Below, piece after piece: positions 9,989 to 21,622 of a DNA stretch of 32,000 nucleotides (position 1 is the first letter of the stretch; each line of letters opens with the position of its first letter). Source of the DNA: Candidatus Saccharimonadota bacterium (lineage in GTDB: Bacteria; Pseudomonadota; Gammaproteobacteria; Enterobacterales; Enterobacteriaceae); contig NC_008513.1 of the NCBI RefSeq assembly GCF_000090965.1, positions 180,001-212,000 on the forward strand, in the 5' to 3' direction. A program made the translations under genes and the position numbers. Below the pieces are notes generated by a model that searched no databases, had not been told where the DNA came from, and was given only the letters and a program-made list of their open reading frames with translations.

Positions 9989-10846
9989 TTATTTTATTTT
10001 TTTTGAAATTCTATAAAAACGTATTTTTTTAAACCAATTTTTACTTTTATAATTAATACTTAACCATATATATTTTACTTTACCTAAAATATTTTTTTTA
10101 GATATTAATCCCCAAAATCTACTATCTAAACTATAATCTCTATTATCTCCTAGAACAAAATATTTATTTTTTGGAATTTTCCATATCCAATTTTCTTTAT
10201 TATTATATTTTTTACTAAAAAGATGTAAACAATTTTTTATGCCGGTTGAAATTACAATATTATGAATGTTATTTTGAATTTTTTCTATATATATTTTTTT
10301 TATTGGTGATAAATATACATTTTTATTTGTTTTAAATTTCCTTTTTTTATTAATTAATTTATTAATTTTGATTTTATTTTTTATGATTTTAAAAATGTTT
10401 TTTTTTTCTCTTGTATGTTTGTTTTTTTTTATAATATATAATTTTTTATTGTATGGATTATATATAATTACTTCTCCAGGTAAACCTATAATACGTTTAA
10501 CAAAATTTAATTTATTGTTTTTTGGATATTTAAAAACAATAATATCATTTCTTTCAGGTTTAAATTTTTTAAAAAAAATATTATTAATGAAATTGTTATT
10601 ATAGAAAAATTTTTGTACTAATATAAAATCTCCTGTTAATAATGTTGGATTCATTGAATTAGAAGAGATTATAAATGATTCATAAACAAAAAATCGAATA
10701 AAAATAATTATAAGTATAATATAAAAACTTTTATTTTTTTTTTTCTTCTTTACTTCATTTTTTTTTTTTTTTATAAAATTTATAATTAATAAAAATATTA
10801 TTATTAATGATAATAATAATAATATTTTTCTTATTATAATTTTCAT
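9989..10846 (-). CDS. lepB: Signal peptidase I
   Basis: Present are the catalytic Ser box SSNSMNPTL, the Lys box VKRIIGLPGE and GDNRDYSLDSRFWG, with an N-terminal TM segment. Confidence 0.88.
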   Translation of the reverse strand: MKIIIRKILLLLSLIIIFLLIINFIKKKKNEVKKKKKNKSFYIILIIIFIRFFVYESFIISSNSMNPTLLTGDFILVQKFFYNNNFINNIFFKKFKPERNDIIVFKYPKNNKLNFVKRIIGLPGEVIIYNPYNKKLYIIKKNKHTREKKNIFKIIKNKIKINKLINKKRKFKTNKNVYLSPIKKIYIEKIQNNIHNIVISTGIKNCLHLFSKKYNNKENWIWKIPKNKYFVLGDNRDYSLDSRFWGLISKKNILGKVKYIWLSINYKSKNWFKKIRFYRISKKIK

Positions 10847-10866
10847 TATATTATTCCTAATATTGA

Positions 10867-12657
10867 TTAATTTATTTTTAATATTGTAAAAAAAACTTCT
10901 TGAGGGATTTTAATATTTCCAATTATCTTCATTCTTTTTTTTCCTTTTTTTTGTTTTTGTAATAATTTTTTTTTTCGGCTAATATCACCTCCGTAACATT
11001 TAGATAATACATTTTTTCTTAATTGTGTAATATTTACTCTAGAAATAATATTATTTTCAATAGCTGCTTGAATAGGAACATGAAATTGATGTCTTGGTAT
11101 TATTTTTTTTATTTTTTCAATAATCCTTTTAGCTATTTTTTGAGAATCATTTTTATGACATATATATGAAAGTGCATCAATTTTTGTAAAATTAATTAAA
11201 ATATCAATTTTTACTAAATTACTTGTTTTAAATCCAATAAAATAATAATCTAACGAAGCATATCCACTAGATATAGATTTTAATTTATCAAAAAAATTTG
11301 AAATTACTTCAGATAACGGAATTTCATATATTAAAATAGTTTTTTTTTCATGATATATTAAATTTTTTTGTATACCTCTTTTTTTAATACATAACTTTAT
11401 AATTTCTCCAATATATTTATTTGGAGTTAAAATATTACAACGTGCTATGGGTTCTTTAATTTTTTTAATTAAATTATTTTTTGGAAATTTTGTTGGATTA
11501 TTAAAATAAATTTTTTTTTTGTTTTTTTTTAAAACAACTTCATAAACAACGGTAGGTGATGTTAAGATTATTTCTATATTATATTCTCTTTCTAAACGAG
11601 ATTGAATAATCTCCATATGTAATGTTCCTAGAAATCCACATCGAAAACCAAATCCTAAAGCTTGTGAATTTTCTGGTTCATAAAATAAAGAAGAATCATT
11701 TAATTGAAGTTTATTTAAAGCATTTTTAAAATTATTATATTGATTGTTTTTTAATGGAAATAAACCCGCATAAATTTTAGGTGTAATTTTTTTAAAATGA
11801 GATAATTTTTTTTTTGAAGAATTAATAAACGTAGTAATTGTTTCACCTACTGATATTGAATAAATGTTTTTGATTCCACATATTACCCAACCTACTTCTT
11901 CGCAATATAATTTTTTTTTTTTGATTTTTTTAGGTGTAAATATTCCTAGTTGTTCAACTATATATATATTTTTTTTTCCTATTATTTTTATCTTATCTTT
12001 TATTTTTATTAATCCGTTTTTAATTCTTATTAATAATACTACACCTGAATATTTATCAAACCAAGAATCTATAACTAATGCTTGTAAAGAATTATTAATA
12101 TCACCTGTAGGCGAAGGTATAACCTGAATTATTTTTTCTAATAATTCAGTTATTCCCTTACCTGTTTTTGCAGAACATAAGGCAATATTTTTTGTTGATA
12201 TACCTATGATTTTTTTAATATCTCTACATACTTTTTCTGGTTGAGAATTTGGTAAATCAATTTTATTTAAAACAGGTAAAATGGATAATTTCATTTTTAT
12301 AGCACTATGGCAATTTGCAACTGTTTGAGCTTGTACCCCTTTAACTGAATCAATTACTAATAAAGCACCTTCACATGCTGATAAAGATCGTGATACTTCA
12401 TATGCAAAATTTACGTGTCCAGGAGTGTCAATAAAATTTAAACTATATTTTTTTCCTTTTTTAGAAATATATGAAATTGTTACACTTTGAGCTTTAATTG
12501 TAATTCCACGTTCCTTTTCTAAATCCATAGTATCTAATACTTGTTCTGACATTTCTCTTTCAGATAAACCTCCACATTTTTGTATTAATCGATCAGATAA
12601 AGTAGATTTTCCATGATCTATGTGTGCAATAATAGAAAAATTTCTTATATGTTTCAT
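10867..12657 (-). CDS. lepA: Translation elongation factor 4 (LepA)
   Basis: [33 protein letters not shown] and NKIDLP make up the GTPase domain. The LepA-specific C terminus is present ([33 protein letters not shown]). Length is 596 aa against about 599. Confidence 0.95.
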
Positions 12658-12963
12658 TGTGTAATTTTTTCACCATTTAATTTAATTTTAATTTAAAAAA
12701 AATTTTTTTTATAAAAAATAAATATTTTTAATATTAATATTAATATATTAATTAAGAATTTTAATATTAATATTTTTGTTATTTTAATATGAAATTTATA
12801 TTTTATACATATATTTTTGATATTTATCAAATATAAAATTTTTTTTTTATTTTTGTATATAAAATATTTTATTTTAAATAATAAATTATTTTTTAGTAAA
12901 AATTCATTTTTATAAAATATATTTTTTATTTATACTAATAATAATTATAAATATTTTTAAAAA

Positions 12964-14085
12964 ATGGTAAAAATAATGAAAAAAAAAAAAATTATTGTAG
13001 CAATGTCCGGAGGAGTAGATTCTTCTGTATCTGCTTGGTTATTATTAAAGCAAGGATATCAAGTAGAAGGTTTATTTATGAAAAATTGGGATGAAGATGA
13101 TTCTAATGATTATTGTTCATCAAAAATTGATTTTAATGATGTAAAAAAAGTATGTAAAACATTAAATATACCTTTACATACAATTAATTTTTCTGAAGAA
13201 TATTGGGAAAATGTATTTTTAAATTTTCTTAAAGAACATAAAAAGGGAAATACTCCAAATCCAGATATTTTATGTAATAAAATAATTAAATTTAATATAT
13301 GTTTAAAATTCTCATTAAAATATTTAAAATCTGATTATTTTGCTACTGGACATTATGCTAAAATTAAAAAAACAAAAAAAAATTTTTATTTATATAGAGC
13401 ACATGATAAAAAAAAAGATCAAAGTTATTTTTTATATACTTTAAAATCTAAAATTTTATCTAAAATAATTTTTCCATTAGCTTATTTTAAAAAAAAAAAA
13501 ATTAGAAAAATAGCAAAAAAAATAAAATTATCTGTTTATAAAAAAAAAGATTCTACAGGAATTTGTTTTATTCAACCTAAAAAGTTCAATTCTTTTTTAA
13601 AACAATATATTCCTCAAAAAATTGGAAAAATTTTAACTATGTCTAAAGAATTTTTAGGATTACATTTAGGTTATGAATTTTATACTATTGGTCAAAGAAA
13701 AGGATTAAATATTGGAGGAAAAAAAAAAAAAAAAAATGCTTATCCTTGGTATGTAGTAAAAAAAGATATTTATTTAAATATTATTTTTGTAGTACAAGGA
13801 TTAAGAAATCCTTATTTATTATCTTATGGATTTTTAACAAAAAAAATTCATTATATAAATGATAATATTTTTTATTTTAAAAAAAAATGTGTTGTACAAA
13901 TAAAATACAGACAAGAACCAATTATTTGTGAATTTTTTAAGATTTCTAAGAAAAATAATTATATAAAAGTAATTTTTAAAAAACCTATTTTATATGTTAC
14001 TCCGGGTCAATCTGCAGTTTTTTATTTAAAAAATAAATGTTTAGGAGGATCAATCATAAAAAAAAATATACCTTATTTACCATAA
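12964..14085 (+). CDS. mnmA: tRNA 2-thiouridine(34) synthase MnmA/TrmU
   Basis: The PP-loop [13 protein letters not shown] and the catalytic Cys motifs NPDILCNK and DSTGICFI are present. The start may be the ATG at 12976 ([13 protein letters not shown]). The gene contains an in-frame A18 run at 13719-13736. Confidence 0.9.
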
Positions 14086-14316
14086 GATTTTTATATTATA
14101 TAATAACAAAATATATTTTTAATATTTTTAAATAAAAATTTAGTTTAATTTAAAAGACTATTTTTAACATTTATTAAATTTAAATACACTAATTATTATT
14201 ATAAAATAATTATAAATTTAATATTTTTTAAAATTTTTTATTTATATTAGAAATATTTTTTTAGTTTTAATATATTATTTTTTTAAAAAAATAATATTTT
14301 ATAGGTTAATTTGTTT

Positions 14317-15081
14317 ATGGCTTTTTTAAAAAAAAAAAAAATTTTAATTTTTGGTATAAAAAATCATTTTTCTATTGCCTGGGGAATAGCACTAGCAATG
14401 TATAAACAAAATGCTAAATTAGCATTTGTATATCACAGTAAAAAATCAAAAAAAAATATTAAAATTTTAGCAAAAAAAGTAAAATCTAAAATTATTTTAT
14501 ATTGTGATATTAATTCAGACGATTCAATACAAACATTATTTAAAATTTTATTTAAAAAATGGGGTATGTTTGATGGAATTGTACATTCAATAGCAAATAT
14601 TTCTAAAATTCAATTAACTAATGATTATATTAAAGTAATTAATCGTTTAGATTTTTTATATGCTCATGAAGTTAATTCTTTTAGTTTAGTAGCAATTATA
14701 AAAGCTTCTAAAAATATTTTAAATAAAAATTCTTCTATTTTAACTTTATCATATATAGGTGCTATAAAATATATCCCTTATTATAATATTATGGGTATTC
14801 CTAAAGCATCGTTAGAATCTAATGTACGATATTTAGCAGTTTCTTTAGGAAAGAAAAATATTAAGATCAATGCTATTTCTTCTGGTCCTATTAAAACAGT
14901 ATCATCATATGGTATCAAAAATTTTAGCAAAATTTTTGATATTTCTAAAAATAATTCTTTATTTAATAAAAATGTTACTATTAAAGAAATTGGAAATGTA
15001 GCAGCATTTTTGTGCTCAAATTTATCACTTGGAATTACAGGACAAGTAATATATGTAGATTATGGGTTAAATATTATTTAA
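14317..15081 (+). CDS. fabI: Enoyl-[acyl-carrier-protein] reductase (NADH)
   Basis: MAFLKKKKILIFG compares with E. coli MGFLSGKRILVTG. The active-site region LSYIGAIKYIPYYNIMGIPKASLE retains the Tyr/Lys, and INAISSGPIKT is present. The ATG at 14317 is preceded by AGGT and is preferred over the TTG at 14311. Confidence 0.9.
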   Translation: MAFLKKKKILIFGIKNHFSIAWGIALAMYKQNAKLAFVYHSKKSKKNIKILAKKVKSKIILYCDINSDDSIQTLFKILFKKWGMFDGIVHSIANISKIQLTNDYIKVINRLDFLYAHEVNSFSLVAIIKASKNILNKNSSILTLSYIGAIKYIPYYNIMGIPKASLESNVRYLAVSLGKKNIKINAISSGPIKTVSSYGIKNFSKIFDISKNNSLFNKNVTIKEIGNVAAFLCSNLSLGITGQVIYVDYGLNII

Positions 15082-15291
15082 ATAATATTTAATACATTTC
15101 ATATATATTAAATAAGTAATAAATATATTACTATGATAATTATTATTATTAATTATAATTATATTTTTTTATATTTTTAAAAAAACTAATAAAAATATAT
15201 TTTTATATATAAATATTTTATATATCATTTTTTTCTAAAAGTAAAAAATTATTTTTCTTTAAAAATCATACTAAAATTAGGTTATCATATT

Positions 15292-17238
15292 ATGTTTTAT
15301 AATAATCCTTTACTTATAAAATTAAAAAATAAATTATATAAAAAAAAAAAAATAGAAGGAATAGTTAAAAGTACTACAAAAGGATTTGGATTTTTAGAAG
15401 TCGATTCTAAAAAAACATATTTTATTCCTTCAAAAAATATGAAGAAAGTTATTCATGGAGACCGTATTATAGGTCTAATTAAATTAGAAAATAACAAAGA
15501 AATAGTATATCCAAAAATATTAATTGAACCCTTTTTAAAAAAATTTATTGGATCAATATTAAAAAAAAATAATATTATATATATACAAGCAAATTATCCG
15601 TATATTAAAGATTTAATTTTTTATCGATATAAAACATCAGTTTTCAGATCTTGGAAAAATGGAGATTGGGTAATAGCAGAATTAGATACACATAGTTTAC
15701 GAGATAATAATCATTTTAGTATTAATATACTAAAATTTATTTCTGAAAAAAATGATCCATTAACTCCATGGAATGTAATTTTATCAAAATATAATTTAGA
15801 AAAAAAATCTCCAAAAATTAATTTTAATTATATATTAAATAATAATAATTTAAAAGATAAACGAATAGATTTAACATATTTAGATTTTATTACTATTGAT
15901 AATAGTAATACGCAAGATATTGATGATGCTCTTTTTGTAAAGAAAACAAAAAAAAATAAATTAACATTAATTGTTGCTATCGCAGATCCAACTGAATATA
16001 TATTAATTAATACTAAAGTTGACGATATAGCAAAAAAAAGAGTTTTTACAAATTATTTACCTGGCTTTAATATATCTATGTTACCTAAAGAATTTTCTGA
16101 AGATCTTTGTTCATTAAAACCACATGTAAAGCGACCTGTATTAGCATGTAAGATAATCATTGATAATGAAGGAAAAATTTTAATGAAAAAAACAAAATTT
16201 TTTTTAGCATGGATTGAATCAAAAGGTAAATTATCGTATCAAAATGTATCAAATTGGTTAGAAAAATTAGGAAATTGGCAACCAGATAACAAAAAAATTA
16301 AAAAACAAATTTTATTACTATATAAAATGTATAAAATTAGAAATATGTGGAGAAAAAAAAATGCATTAATATTTCCAGATAATATTGAATATAAATTTCA
16401 TTTATCAAAAACATGGGAAATTTTAAATATTTCAGTAGAAAAAAGAAGTATTGCACATAAAATTGTTGAAGAGTCTATGATTTCAGCTAATATTTGTGCT
16501 GCTAGTTTCTTAAAAAAAAAATTAGGTTTTGGATTATATAATTCACATTCTGGTTTTGATACTTTTAACGCAAAAAATGCTATTAATTTTTTAAAAAAAT
16601 ATAATATTATTTTTACTTTAGAAGAAATTATGACATTATCTGGATTTTGTAAATTAAAACGAAAATTAAATAAATTATCTAATAAATATATTAATTATAG
16701 AATTCAAAAATTTCAGTCTTTTGGAGAAATAAGTTTAATACCTAAACCACATTTTTCTCTTGGACTTCCATATTATGCTACTTGGACATCTCCAATTAGA
16801 AAATATAGTGATATGATTAATCATAGATTAATTAAATCTATAATTATAGGAAAAAAAAAAATTTCTCCTCCTGATACAAATATTATTCCTCAAATAATAC
16901 ATCGTAAATATAAAATTCGTATGGCTTTAAAAGAAATAGAGGAATGGTTATATTTTAAATACTATAATAAAAAAAAAAGTGACAAAAAAAAATATCAAGC
17001 TAATATTATTGATATTTCTAAAGGAGGAATTAAAGCTCGTTTATTGAAAACTGGTGCTTATATTTTTATTCCAGTTACTTATATTCATAAAATTCGTCAT
17101 GAATTAAATCTTAATTCTGAAAAAGGAATAATATATATAAAAAATAAGATTTATTATAAAGTATCTGATATTATTATAGTATCTTTGTTAAAGATAAATA
17201 ATGGTAATAAAAAAATTATAGCAACTATGATAAATTAA
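15292..17238 (+). CDS. rnb: Exoribonuclease II
   Basis: The N terminus MFYNNPLLIKLKNKL...EGIVKSTTKGFGFLEVDSKKTYFIPSKNMKKVIHGDRI is colinear with E. coli RNase II (MFQDNPLLAQLKQQL...KGFGFLEVD..KSYFIP...MKKVMHGDRI). An RNB domain (DNSNTQDIDDALF) and a C-terminal S1-like domain follow. Confidence 0.92.
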   Translation: MFYNNPLLIKLKNKLYKKKKIEGIVKSTTKGFGFLEVDSKKTYFIPSKNMKKVIHGDRIIGLIKLENNKEIVYPKILIEPFLKKFIGSILKKNNIIYIQANYPYIKDLIFYRYKTSVFRSWKNGDWVIAELDTHSLRDNNHFSINILKFISEKNDPLTPWNVILSKYNLEKKSPKINFNYILNNNNLKDKRIDLTYLDFITIDNSNTQDIDDALFVKKTKKNKLTLIVAIADPTEYILINTKVDDIAKKRVFTNYLPGFNISMLPKEFSEDLCSLKPHVKRPVLACKIIIDNEGKILMKKTKFFLAWIESKGKLSYQNVSNWLEKLGNWQPDNKKIKKQILLLYKMYKIRNMWRKKNALIFPDNIEYKFHLSKTWEILNISVEKRSIAHKIVEESMISANICAASFLKKKLGFGLYNSHSGFDTFNAKNAINFLKKYNIIFTLEEIMTLSGFCKLKRKLNKLSNKYINYRIQKFQSFGEISLIPKPHFSLGLPYYATWTSPIRKYSDMINHRLIKSIIIGKKKISPPDTNIIPQIIHRKYKIRMALKEIEEWLYFKYYNKKKSDKKKYQANIIDISKGGIKARLLKTGAYIFIPVTYIHKIRHELNLNSEKGIIYIKNKIYYKVSDIIIVSLLKINNGNKKIIATMIN

Positions 17239-17330
17239 CATTTTATTAAAAATTTTTTATCTAATTAAATATTAAATTTAATAAATAATTATTTTTATTA
17301 ATTTATTCAATAAATATATAAATTTTTAAA

Positions 17331-17939
17331 ATGAATATTATAATTCGAAATTTAGGTATATGTAACTGGTTAGGTATAGAAGAAAAAATGATAAAATTTA
17401 CTAAGAATAGAAGCTTTAATACTTCTGATGAATTATGGTGTTTAGAACATTATCCAGTTTTTACTTATGGAGTATTAGAAAAAAAAAAATATGCACCATT
17501 TATACATAAAATACCAGTATTTAAATCAAATAGAGGAGGAAAAATTACATTTCATGGACCAGGACAATTAATTATTTATTTATTAATTGATTTGCGAAGA
17601 AAAAAAATTAAATTTTATGAATTAGTAAATAGAATAGAAATATTAATTATACATATATTAAAAATTTTAAAAATATCATCCTATACAAAAAAAAAACATC
17701 CTGGAATTTATGTTAAAAAAAAAAAAATTTGTTCGTTAGGTTTTCGAATAATTAATGGTTGTTCACTACATGGTATTTCTTTAAATGTAAATATGGACTT
17801 AAAACCATTTAATTTTATTTCTCCTTGTGGAAATAAAAAAATAAAGATGACTCAAATCAAAAATTTTAAAAAAAATATCACAATAAAAAATGTTCAAGAA
17901 ATTTTTATAAAAAATTTTTATATTTTATTTAATTATTAA
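17331..17939 (+). CDS. lipB: Octanoyltransferase (lipoate-protein ligase B)
   Basis: Motifs EHYPVFTYG, RGGKITFHGPGQLIIY, KICSLGFRI (catalytic Lys region) and SPCG (catalytic Cys) are present. The gene is adjacent to lipA. Confidence 0.9.
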   Translation: MNIIIRNLGICNWLGIEEKMIKFTKNRSFNTSDELWCLEHYPVFTYGVLEKKKYAPFIHKIPVFKSNRGGKITFHGPGQLIIYLLIDLRRKKIKFYELVNRIEILIIHILKILKISSYTKKKHPGIYVKKKKICSLGFRIINGCSLHGISLNVNMDLKPFNFISPCGNKKIKMTQIKNFKKNITIKNVQEIFIKNFYILFNY

Positions 17940-18015
17940 ATTATAAAAACAATTATATATTTAAAAAATATATAATTAATTTTAATAATAAAATATAAAT
18001 TAGAGAAAAATTATA

Positions 18016-18948
18016 ATGTTAAAAGAAAAAAAAGATAAAGAAAAAAATATATACATGATACCAAAAATTTTAAAATCTAGTAAATCGAAATCAATTTTAA
18101 AAAAACCAAAATGGTTAAAAATTAAACTTCCTTCTAATTTAAAAAAAATTAACAAGATAAAAAAAATATTAAAAAAAAATTTTTTACATTCTGTCTGTGA
18201 GGAAGCCAATTGTCCAAATTTGCCTGAATGTTTTAATAATGGTACAGCAACATTTATGATTTTAGGATCTATATGTACTCGTAAATGTCCTTTTTGCGCT
18301 GTTACTAAAGGAAGGGCTCAAAAAATAGATAAAAATGAACCAAAAAAAATACTTGATATTGTTATTAAATTAAAATTAACATATGTTGTTTTAACATCAG
18401 TAGCAAGAGATGATTTAAAAGATGGCGGAGCTAAACATTTTTCTAAGTGTATTTATGAAATTCGTAAAAAAAAAAATATAAAAGTAGAAATTTTAGTTCC
18501 AGATTTTAGAGGAAAAGAAAAAATAGCATTAAAAATATTTAATAAATTTCCTCCAGATATATTTAATCATAATATTGAAAATGTTCCTAGACTTTATTCT
18601 TTAATTAGACCTGGAGCAGATTATATTAAATCTTTAAATTTATTATATCAATTTAAAAAAATTTGCCCGAATATACCAACAAAATCCGGTTTAATGTTGG
18701 GTTTAGGTGAAAAAAAAAAAGAAATTATATCAGTGTTAAAAGATTTAAAATCTGTAGGTGTATCAATTGTTACTATCGGTCAATATTTGCAACCAAGTAA
18801 AAATCATTTATTAGTTCAAAAATATATTACACCTAAAGAATTTAAAAATTTTGAATATATAGCTTTATCTTTAGGATTTTCTAAAGTTTTCTGTGGTCCT
18901 CTTGTTCGTTCTTCTTATCACGCTGATAGACAATATTTATCTTTTTAA
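18016..18948 (+). CDS. lipA: Lipoyl synthase (radical SAM)
   Basis: Both cluster motifs are present (CEEANCPNLPEC and CTRKCPFC), as is the C-terminal RSSYHA. Confidence 0.93.
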   Translation: MLKEKKDKEKNIYMIPKILKSSKSKSILKKPKWLKIKLPSNLKKINKIKKILKKNFLHSVCEEANCPNLPECFNNGTATFMILGSICTRKCPFCAVTKGRAQKIDKNEPKKILDIVIKLKLTYVVLTSVARDDLKDGGAKHFSKCIYEIRKKKNIKVEILVPDFRGKEKIALKIFNKFPPDIFNHNIENVPRLYSLIRPGADYIKSLNLLYQFKKICPNIPTKSGLMLGLGEKKKEIISVLKDLKSVGVSIVTIGQYLQPSKNHLLVQKYITPKEFKNFEYIALSLGFSKVFCGPLVRSSYHADRQYLSF

Positions 18949-18995
18949 AATTTTTATTAAAAAAAACATATTGATATAAACAAAAAATATATAAG

Positions 18996-19031
18996 AACAC
19001 CAAAAAATATTATTAATTTTTTGTTGGTGTT
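18996..19031. terminator. Candidate bidirectional intrinsic terminator between convergent lipA and sppA
   Basis: AACACCAA (18996-19003) pairs with TTGGTGTT (19024-19031), and an A/T extension inside gives about 12 bp with one bulged G. T-rich sequence flanks the hairpin on both strands. It is one of the very few GC-containing intergenic elements here. Confidence 0.5.
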
Positions 19032-19050
19032 TTATGTATTTTAATTATTT

Positions 19051-20916
19051 TTATTTAAAAACAAAATTCTCTAAACAAAGAGAAAATATTTTTTTAGAAA
19101 AAATTATTTTATAAAAAAGATATAAATTATCTTGTTCAAATAAATTTTTATTTATAAAAAATCTTTTAATAAGCATGTTCAAAATATTTTTTTGTTTAAT
19201 ATTTATTGAATTATTCATGTTACTTGTAACATTTGCTGTTGATTTTTTTTCTAATTTAGACCAGATAACACAATAATTTTTAATATTTGCTAATTGAGCA
19301 GCTTTTTTAATTGCATGATCCAAATCTCCTATTTCATCTACTAATCCTATTTTTTGAGCTTGATAACCTGTCCAGACTCTTCCTTGTGAAATACTATGTG
19401 TTTTTTTATATGATAATTTTCGAGATTGTGCTACTATTGTAATAAATTTTTTATATTCTCTAATAATATTATCACCAATACTTTTTTTACTTTGTTCAGA
19501 TAATTCATGAAAAATACTGAAATCTTCATAATATTTTGTTTTTATTTGATATTGTTTAATTCCTATAGTTGATAATATTTTTTCAATTGTAGGTATTACA
19601 GCAAATATTCCAATAGATCCAGTTAATGTAGTATCATGAGCAATTATATAATCTCCTGCTGTTGATATCCAATATCCTCCAGAGGCACATACATCACCCA
19701 TAGAAATAATCAATGGTTTATTACATTTATGTAATTCTAATAATTTTTTTCTTATAATTTCTGAATATTTAACAGTTCCACCTGGACTATTTATACGTAA
19801 TATTACAGCTTTAACGCTAGAATCATTTTTTGCTTCATCAATTTCATTTAATAAATTTTCAATATTTAAATTAGCGGATCTCTTACAATTATTTTCAATA
19901 ATTCCATTAGAAATTATAACTTTGATTTTATTCGAATTTAAAGTTATTTTCTTTTTATTAATATAATAATTATTTATATTAATAAAATTATAATTATAAT
20001 TTTTATCTTTATTTTTAAAAAAATTATTTAAATATTTTTTAATACTATTTTTTTTAAGAATTTTATCTACTAAATTGTGATATAAGGCATATTTTGTATA
20101 ATTATTATTTTTTTTTTTAAAAAATTTTGTAAAAATATTAGGATTAGGACATATTTCTGTTAGAACAGTATTTCTATTACTAGCAATTTTTTGTAAATAT
20201 TTTTTCCATTTAAAACGAATGATTAATTGATCAATTTTCTTATTTATTTTAGAAGGAGAATTTCTTAAAACAGATTCTACAGCATTTTTATATTTTCCGA
20301 TTCTAAAAACATGTAAATGAATTTTTAATGTATCTATAATTTTTTTCAAAAATATTTTGGTATTTGCAATACCATTAATATGTACAGAACCATCGGGTAA
20401 TAAAAAAATTTTATTTGAAAAACTAGCTAAATAATATCCGCTTTGTGAATAATTTTTACCTATTGATATAATTGGTTTGTTGGATTGTTTAAATTCATAT
20501 AATTTTTTTCCAAAATATTCTAATATAACTTGATTACTAGTAAATGAATCTGAAAAATTTAATTGTATTCCTTTTATTTTAGGGTCTTCTTTAGCCTGTT
20601 CAATTTTTTTAGTAATTTCATAAACAGAAGAATTATTACTCCAATTAAAAAAATTTAAAAAATAATTATGATGTTTATATAAAGATATATTTCTAATTGG
20701 TTCTTCTTTGAGAGTCTGATTTAAATCAATAACTAGAATTCCTGATTTATTGTTTTTTGAAAAAAATATATTTTTTTTTTTAATTTCATATATTAAAAGA
20801 ACAAAAATACTTAAAAATAATAATATAAAAATATTTAAAAATATTTTTTTTATTAAATTATATGTTATTGATATAAATTTAAATATTTTTAATATTATTA
20901 AAAAAAAAATTTTCAT
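19051..20916 (-). CDS. sppA: Signal peptide peptidase A (protease IV)
   Basis: 621 aa against about 618 in E. coli. There is an N-terminal TM segment and duplicated ClpP/crotonase-like halves, with INSPGGTV and GDVCASGGYWISTAGD motifs in the C-terminal half. Confidence 0.88.
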   Translation of the reverse strand: MKIFFLIILKIFKFISITYNLIKKIFLNIFILLFLSIFVLLIYEIKKKNIFFSKNNKSGILVIDLNQTLKEEPIRNISLYKHHNYFLNFFNWSNNSSVYEITKKIEQAKEDPKIKGIQLNFSDSFTSNQVILEYFGKKLYEFKQSNKPIISIGKNYSQSGYYLASFSNKIFLLPDGSVHINGIANTKIFLKKIIDTLKIHLHVFRIGKYKNAVESVLRNSPSKINKKIDQLIIRFKWKKYLQKIASNRNTVLTEICPNPNIFTKFFKKKNNNYTKYALYHNLVDKILKKNSIKKYLNNFFKNKDKNYNYNFININNYYINKKKITLNSNKIKVIISNGIIENNCKRSANLNIENLLNEIDEAKNDSSVKAVILRINSPGGTVKYSEIIRKKLLELHKCNKPLIISMGDVCASGGYWISTAGDYIIAHDTTLTGSIGIFAVIPTIEKILSTIGIKQYQIKTKYYEDFSIFHELSEQSKKSIGDNIIREYKKFITIVAQSRKLSYKKTHSISQGRVWTGYQAQKIGLVDEIGDLDHAIKKAAQLANIKNYCVIWSKLEKKSTANVTSNMNNSINIKQKNILNMLIKRFFINKNLFEQDNLYLFYKIIFSKKIFSLCLENFVFK

Positions 20917-21092
20917 ATTGATATTAACCCTTTTTAATTTGCTTTTTATAATATTTATTAATTTTTTTTATAAAAAATTTTATAAATATTTTATTATATT
21001 TTAATATTAAAATTATATTTTTATTAATTTTTATTAATTAATACATTTTTAATATTTATTGAATAATATTTCATAATTATTAAATATTTTTT

Positions 21093-21521
21093 TTATTTTA
21101 ATTTTGATTTTTTATTTTTAATAGAAAACATTCTTGGTTTGCCATATTTGTCAATAGCAACATAAATAAATGTTGCTGTTGTAGAACAGTATGAAATTCC
21201 AAATAATTTTGAATGTATTTTTTTAATCCAAATTTCTATTTTTGTTGTAATAGAAGTATTTCCTATTTTTTTACATTTAGCATAACAAAAAACTAAATCT
21301 CCAGCAGAAATAGGTTTTAAAAAATTTATATTTTTAACACATACTGTCGATACTCTTCCTTTTGAAATTTCTTTAGCTAAAATTCCTCCTGCAATATCCA
21401 TTTTTGACATAATCCATCCTCCGAAAATATTTCCATTTATATTTTTATGTAACGGCATTGCAATAGTTTTTAACATTAAATTTTTATTACTTACCATATC
21501 TGTATCTTGATTTTTTGACAT
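21093..21521 (-). CDS. yciA: Acyl-CoA thioesterase YciA (hotdog fold)
   Basis: LKTIAMPLHKNINGNIFGGWIMSKMDIAGGILAKE compares with E. coli YciA LRTLAMPADTNANGDIFGGWLMSQMDIGGAILAKE. Confidence 0.85.
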   Translation of the reverse strand: MSKNQDTDMVSNKNLMLKTIAMPLHKNINGNIFGGWIMSKMDIAGGILAKEISKGRVSTVCVKNINFLKPISAGDLVFCYAKCKKIGNTSITTKIEIWIKKIHSKLFGISYCSTTATFIYVAIDKYGKPRMFSIKNKKSKLK

Positions 21522-21622
21522 TTTTATTCACTAATTTGGTCATAAAAATATTTTTTAAATATTTTAATTTATAAATAAATCTTATATAAAAAATATTTAT
21601 TTAAATTCATTTATATTTTATT

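Noticed and set aside
10368-10604. 78-aa ORF antisense to lepB. Similar antisense ORFs occur at 11864..12127 (in lepA), 18000..18209 (at the lipA 5' end), 20750..21004 (at the sppA 5' end) and 22802..23032 (in the rluB N terminus).
   Set aside because: All are Phe/Ile/Leu-rich mirror images of Lys/Asn/Ile-rich genuine genes. They arise because stop codons are depleted opposite AAA/AAT-rich codons. None has a recognisable motif, and each overlaps a well-supported gene.
12721-12776. Reiterated AATATT/TAATAT units in the lepA-mnmA divergent spacer, which look like tandem repeats or palindromes
   Set aside because: This is low-complexity AT-only sequence with no spacer/repeat periodicity. Such self-complementary strings are expected by chance at this base composition, so it is not a CRISPR array or a defined repeat family.
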